Shown piece after piece: positions 59,914 to 64,000 of a DNA stretch of 64,000 nucleotides; position 1 is the first letter of the stretch, and each line of letters begins with the position of its first letter. Source of the stretch: Pseudomonadota bacterium. GTDB taxonomy: Bacteria; Pseudomonadota; Alphaproteobacteria; MPNO01. Where the stretch lies: contig JAYZAW010000088.1 in NCBI GenBank assembly GCA_036339495.1, positions 4,588 through 68,587 on the forward strand, in the 5' to 3' direction. The translations under genes and the position numbers were made by a program. The notes under the pieces were generated by a model. That model was not told the origin of the DNA. It was given only the letters and a program-made list of their open reading frames with translations, and ran no database searches.

Positions 59914-61745
59914 TCCGCGGCCTCCCGGTTGAGGCGCGCCGCGTATAGCTCATTGCGTAGCGCTTCGGTGTCTCGCGCGTCGACCGCGTTGTTTTCATCC
60001 GTAAACGCGACGCCGTATATGCGCCGCGCACTGTCGAACGAGACCACGCCGGCGAGGCAGTCGTCCAGGACCGCCTGGGGGTCCCGTTCCAGCGGGTCGC
60101 CATAACCGCCGCCGCCATTCCAACGGATGTAAAGCGCATCTTCGCCCATCAATGGGAATACGCCCCAGGTCACGGCTTCCTGTTCGCCAGGCAACTCGTC
60201 GAGAGTCTGCGCGAACTTGCTGTCGACATTGCTTTCATCGCCATCGACTTCGTTGTTATGAACCCAGACATAGCCGTTGGGCGCGCCGGGATATCCGCCG
60301 CCGAGACCGTCGCTCATGGGAAAATCATCGCCCTTGCCGGAAACCACATAGTGGATTCCGCCATCGGGCGAATCATGCGGCACCACGCCGAATTCCATAC
60401 CGGCGCCGCCGCGGTATTTGCCGGCCCCGCCGGAGTCGATCATGCGGCGGCGGAACAGATATCGGATCGGAAATCCGGCCTCGACCGATTCCACGTTCGC
60501 CATGCGCGAAATGGGATTGGGGACCTCGCCGCCCACATCGACGCCGTCGGCGAATGTCCGCGCGCCGCCGGCCCCGGCGAATGTTTCGGTGAAGATGCCG
60601 ATCGCCTCGCCGCCATGCTGATTGCGGCCAAACTTGAACACCGCGAAATGGTTGGCGTGCCAGACCGCTGTCGCTTCTTTCGCATATGTTTTGCTGGCTT
60701 CGAGCATTTTCCCGATCGTGGCGCAGGCCGCGTTATTGACCGACTGAATCGCGCCGACCGTCGCGACCGAGACAGGCGCGGGCCGGATGCAATTCACGAT
60801 GCTGCCTTCCGGGGCGATCATGGTGATCGGCTTGATGACCCCTTCGTTCCATGTGATATCATAGCACAGCAGAGGAAACAGCGGTGCGAACAAGCCGCCC
60901 AGCGAGGCCCATTTTGTGCAGTTGATGGCGTATTGCGCCTGTTCGCTGGATCCGGTGAAATCGAAGACCAGTTCGTCATCCTGCTTGGTCATGGTCAGGA
61001 CGACCCGGAAGACGTCATCCTTCACGTTCAGATATTGCCGCGATTGCCAGCTTCCGTTGGGCAGTTCGCGGAGCCGGTCGCGCAGCAGGGATTCAGACTG
61101 ATCAATCAGCGTGGAACAGGCTTCGTCGACGGTTTCATGGCCGTATTTGTCGATCAGCCTGTGCATCCGGTCCTTGGCGACATTGTTGCAGGCGATCATC
61201 GACCGGATATCGAGAGCGACCATTTCGGGCGAACGCACCATGTTAAGGAGGGTATCGAGCATGTCATGGCGCAACTCGCCCTTTTCCACCAGGCGAATGC
61301 CGGGCGAGCTGAAGCCTTCGGTGAAGATATCGGGCGAATCCGGGCTGAAGCCACCGGGATTGGTCGCGCCAATATCATAGACATGGACGAAACATGCGCT
61401 CCACGCCACCAGATCTCCCTGATGATGGATCGGCGCTACGAGATAGATATCCGAGGTGTGCAGGGCCGCCGTATAGGGATCGTTGAGCAAATAGACATCG
61501 CCTTCGTTGATGTCGCCCTTGAATCGCCGGATGATCGACTGGCAGGCTTCGGCGGCGCTGGTCAGATGATGCAGGAAACCGACACCGCCCATCAGCAACG
61601 AGCCGTCCGCCCGATAGAGCGACACCATCAGATCATGACCTTCGTTGGTAATCGCGCTGCCGGACACATGTTTCAACGTGATGACGGCCTCGTCGATGAT
61701 GCGAAACAGGCGATGCCGAATGATGGAAAAGGTGATCGGGTCCAT
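59910..61745 (-). CDS. hyuB: Hydantoinase B/oxoprolinase-family subunit (second copy)
   Basis: The start was trimmed to MDPITFSIIRHRLF (ATG complement 61743-61745). The ORF-track start would overlap hyuA2. About 611 aa. Confidence 0.88.
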   Translation of the reverse strand: MDPITFSIIRHRLFRIIDEAVITLKHVSGSAITNEGHDLMVSLYRADGSLLMGGVGFLHHLTSAAEACQSIIRRFKGDINEGDVYLLNDPYTAALHTSDIYLVAPIHHQGDLVAWSACFVHVYDIGATNPGGFSPDSPDIFTEGFSSPGIRLVEKGELRHDMLDTLLNMVRSPEMVALDIRSMIACNNVAKDRMHRLIDKYGHETVDEACSTLIDQSESLLRDRLRELPNGSWQSRQYLNVKDDVFRVVLTMTKQDDELVFDFTGSSEQAQYAINCTKWASLGGLFAPLFPLLCYDITWNEGVIKPITMIAPEGSIVNCIRPAPVSVATVGAIQSVNNAACATIGKMLEASKTYAKEATAVWHANHFAVFKFGRNQHGGEAIGIFTETFAGAGGARTFADGVDVGGEVPNPISRMANVESVEAGFPIRYLFRRRMIDSGGAGKYRGGAGMEFGVVPHDSPDGGIHYVVSGKGDDFPMSDGLGGGYPGAPNGYVWVHNNEVDGDESNVDSKFAQTLDELPGEQEAVTWGVFPLMGEDALYIRWNGGGGYGDPLERDPQAVLDDCLAGVVSFDSARRIYGVAFTDENNAVDARDTEALRNELYAARLNREAAE

Positions 61746-61758
61746 GGGAGCCTCTATG

Positions 61759-63888
61759 CTAGTTGAACTCGATGATGATATTGCGGAATTCGTCCATTTT
61801 CGCGCGCTGGCTATCCTGGACGACAATGGTCGTGATCGGCGTGTGAATAACGGCCGGTCCGGCGATTTCGTTGCCCGCGCGCAATTTGGTGAAATCATAA
61901 ATATCCGCCTCGGCCATGCCGTCGCGCGCATCAACAAAGATCTCGCGCCTTCCCGTTCTGGCATCGGACGGGTCCGCTGGGCCCGGCTTTTCGATTTCTA
62001 TTTCCGGTCGTTTCAATAACCCGCTGGCAGAGAGCCGGAACATGGTCATTTCAATGCCGGCTTCGCGATAGGCGGAGCCTTTGCCGTACTTGCGCTCATA
62101 AAGCTGCTCGAAATCGTCGATCAGACTTTCCAGCGCGGTCACATCCAATGGTGTCTTCGCATTCACGGGGGTAGTGACCTCATGAACCTGGCGCGCATAT
62201 CTAAGATCGACCGACCAGTCGAGCCGGACATCGTCACCGCTGAAGCCTTCGGATTTGAGTTGGTCGAGGGCATTTGCGATCATCGGCTGATAAAGCTTGT
62301 TGATGGCATCCGGGTCTGCGTCGGACGGCAGTGTTGTCGTCGCCGAAAATTCGTGGACAATATCGGCCGACACCAACCCGAATGCGCAATTGACCGACGC
62401 CGTGCTGGGCACGACGATGCGCTTGACATTGAGCTCCGCGCCGAACATTGACGCCAGTATTGGGCAGGATCCGCCGAATGCATGCAGCACGTGATCGCGC
62501 GGATCGAGACCCCGCTCGACGGTGATTTCATGAATTAAATCAGTGATTTGGGCTGCCGCGATGCGGAAGATGCCGAACGCCGCCGCTTCCACCGAAAGCC
62601 CCAGAGGTTCGGCAATCTGTTGTTCAAACACCGAGCGCGCGGCATCCATGTCGAGGGTCATGGCGCCACCCAGAAACGTGTCCGGATCCATGTATCCGAC
62701 CAGCGTAAACACGTCGGTCAGCGTGACTTCCAGGCCACCCCTTCCATAGCAGACCGGCCCCGGATCGGCCCCGGCGCTACGCGGCCCGACTTTGGGAATT
62801 TTGGTTCGCGGGTCAATCGTTACGATGCTGCCGCCGGCGGCGCCGATCGATACCACTTCGATCTTGGGCACCACATAATGATATCGGTCGACCATGGGCT
62901 CGCGCGCATATTCGATCTCGCCGTTCTGGATGACCCCGACCTTGAATGTGGTGCCGCCCATATCGGCGGCGATAATATCACGGTCGCCCATCAGATCGCC
63001 AAGCGCCTTGGCCCCGATCACGCCCGCCGCCGGGCCGCATTCGATCATGCCGACGGCGCGGTCGGCGGCTTCTTCCGCCGGCAAAAGCCCGCCATAGCCC
63101 TGCATCACCATCAGCGGTCCGGCATATCCGTGTTCGGCCAGCAACACCTGGAGATTGGTCACGTATCCCCGGGTGATGCTGCCGGCATAGGCATTGATCA
63201 CCGCCGTCGATGTCCGCTCATATTCGCCCAGGCTCGGCGCGATTTCGCTCGACAGAGTGACATAGGCGTCCGGCGCCACCCGATTGATGATCTCGCCGAC
63301 GCGCCGTTCGTTTTCGTCGTTATAGAACGACCAGAGGAAACAGACCGCGATGGCTTCAACATCCTTATGGTCGATTAGCGCGCGGACCGCGTGTTCGATG
63401 TCGGCGTCGTCGACCGGCAGCAGAATTTCACCCTTGTAATCGGCCCGTTCGCGCACGCCCTGGATGGCGTCCGGCGCCACCAGCGGCGCGGGCCGGTCGG
63501 TGGCAACGGGATGCTTGATCCATTCCTCCGGCTGCCCGGCCCAGCGCCCATAGGCGCCTCGCGTCACCAGCAAGGTGTCTTCAAACCCCGCCGTCGTGAT
63601 CAGGCCGGTGGTGGAGCCGTCCCGGGTGAGCAGGGTATTATCGACGACGGTCGAGCCATGCATGAATAGATAGGTTTGCGCGAACAGCTCTTCGACCGAC
63701 AGCCCCATGCTCTCGGCGGCGACCCCGATCGAATCCATCACGCCATTGGCGAAATCCGGCGGCGTCGACAACGCCTTCCCGACGAAAAACTGCTCGCCGT
63801 CGGCAATCACGATCGTGTCGGTGCAGGTGCCGCCGACATCCGTGGCCACGATATATTTTGATTGGCCTTCACTCTCCGTCATTGTCAA
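61759..63888 (-). CDS. hyuA: Hydantoinase/oxoprolinase A-family subunit (second copy)
   Basis: 709 aa with YIVATDVGGTCTDTIVI at the N-terminus. Its stop is 13 nt before hyuB2. Confidence 0.9.
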   Translation of the reverse strand: MTMTESEGQSKYIVATDVGGTCTDTIVIADGEQFFVGKALSTPPDFANGVMDSIGVAAESMGLSVEELFAQTYLFMHGSTVVDNTLLTRDGSTTGLITTAGFEDTLLVTRGAYGRWAGQPEEWIKHPVATDRPAPLVAPDAIQGVRERADYKGEILLPVDDADIEHAVRALIDHKDVEAIAVCFLWSFYNDENERRVGEIINRVAPDAYVTLSSEIAPSLGEYERTSTAVINAYAGSITRGYVTNLQVLLAEHGYAGPLMVMQGYGGLLPAEEAADRAVGMIECGPAAGVIGAKALGDLMGDRDIIAADMGGTTFKVGVIQNGEIEYAREPMVDRYHYVVPKIEVVSIGAAGGSIVTIDPRTKIPKVGPRSAGADPGPVCYGRGGLEVTLTDVFTLVGYMDPDTFLGGAMTLDMDAARSVFEQQIAEPLGLSVEAAAFGIFRIAAAQITDLIHEITVERGLDPRDHVLHAFGGSCPILASMFGAELNVKRIVVPSTASVNCAFGLVSADIVHEFSATTTLPSDADPDAINKLYQPMIANALDQLKSEGFSGDDVRLDWSVDLRYARQVHEVTTPVNAKTPLDVTALESLIDDFEQLYERKYGKGSAYREAGIEMTMFRLSASGLLKRPEIEIEKPGPADPSDARTGRREIFVDARDGMAEADIYDFTKLRAGNEIAGPAVIHTPITTIVVQDSQRAKMDEFRNIIIEFN

Positions 63889-64000
63889 TAATCCGGCTGT
63901 TTTGCCGGTTCCCCTGCTACCGCGTCCGCGAATTGCGCAGTCTCATATTGCCCCTGGATAAAGTCAACCAAATGCCGATTGAATCGGACCGATCCGCCCG

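Noticed and set aside
60258-61766. 502-aa plus-strand ORF overlapping hyuB2 (and 62548-63378 overlapping hyuA2; 21648-22521 overlapping the MscK-like gene; 8528-9238 overlapping aroB; 38227-38964 overlapping the MFS gene)
   Set aside because: These are all antisense shadows of genes with clear family motifs, and they carry no motifs of their own.
1-64000. CRISPR arrays, IS elements, tRNA/rRNA genes
   Set aside because: No direct-repeat/spacer periodicity, no transposase-like ORFs and no cloverleaf-compatible conserved tRNA motifs were seen in any intergenic region longer than 80 nt. All such gaps are short promoter regions or spacers.

Overview
High-GC (~60%) chromosomal segment, most likely from an alphaproteobacterium. 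The lineage call rests on a class-I lysyl-tRNA synthetase, a J-domain/CobS/CobT/L28 module, GapR (DUF2312), DUF1244, an accA-xerD arrangement and divergent aroK-aroB. Coding is dense, with about 55 genes on both strands, and I could support no rRNA, tRNA, CRISPR, IS or prophage features. Positions 1-23,000 are housekeeping: secA, accA, xerD, aroK/aroB, ctaA, metZ, apaG, folE, trkH, argE/argF/argD, hslO, an MscK-like channel. Positions 24,000-43,000 mix housekeeping genes (lysK, DinG-like helicase, pyrD, sufE, rpmB, cobS/cobT) with accessory genes. The accessory genes are an orphan form-II CoxL-like molybdoenzyme, a degenerate EAL protein, a HAD hydrolase and an MFS pump. Positions 43,100-46,460 hold the most unusual locus. 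It is a tightly coupled operon of a PaaK/LuxE-like adenylate-forming ligase, an LplA-like lipoate/biotin-ligase-fold protein and a DUF123 protein, transcribed divergently from a DUF2889 gene. I flag it as a candidate undescribed acyl-adenylate/protein-ligation system. Positions 47,287-64,000 form an accessory catabolic island. It begins with a truncated GCS2-family ligase remnant and carries two paralogous hydantoinase/oxoprolinase A/B pairs. One pair is translationally coupled to a 90-aa Cys4 zinc-ribbon subunit, as in acetone carboxylase. The island also carries an isochorismatase-family hydrolase, an amidohydrolase, Rieske, TauD and SDR genes, and it has no regulator gene. All functional calls come from by-eye motif and family recognition in the translated ORFs. 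No database searches were run.
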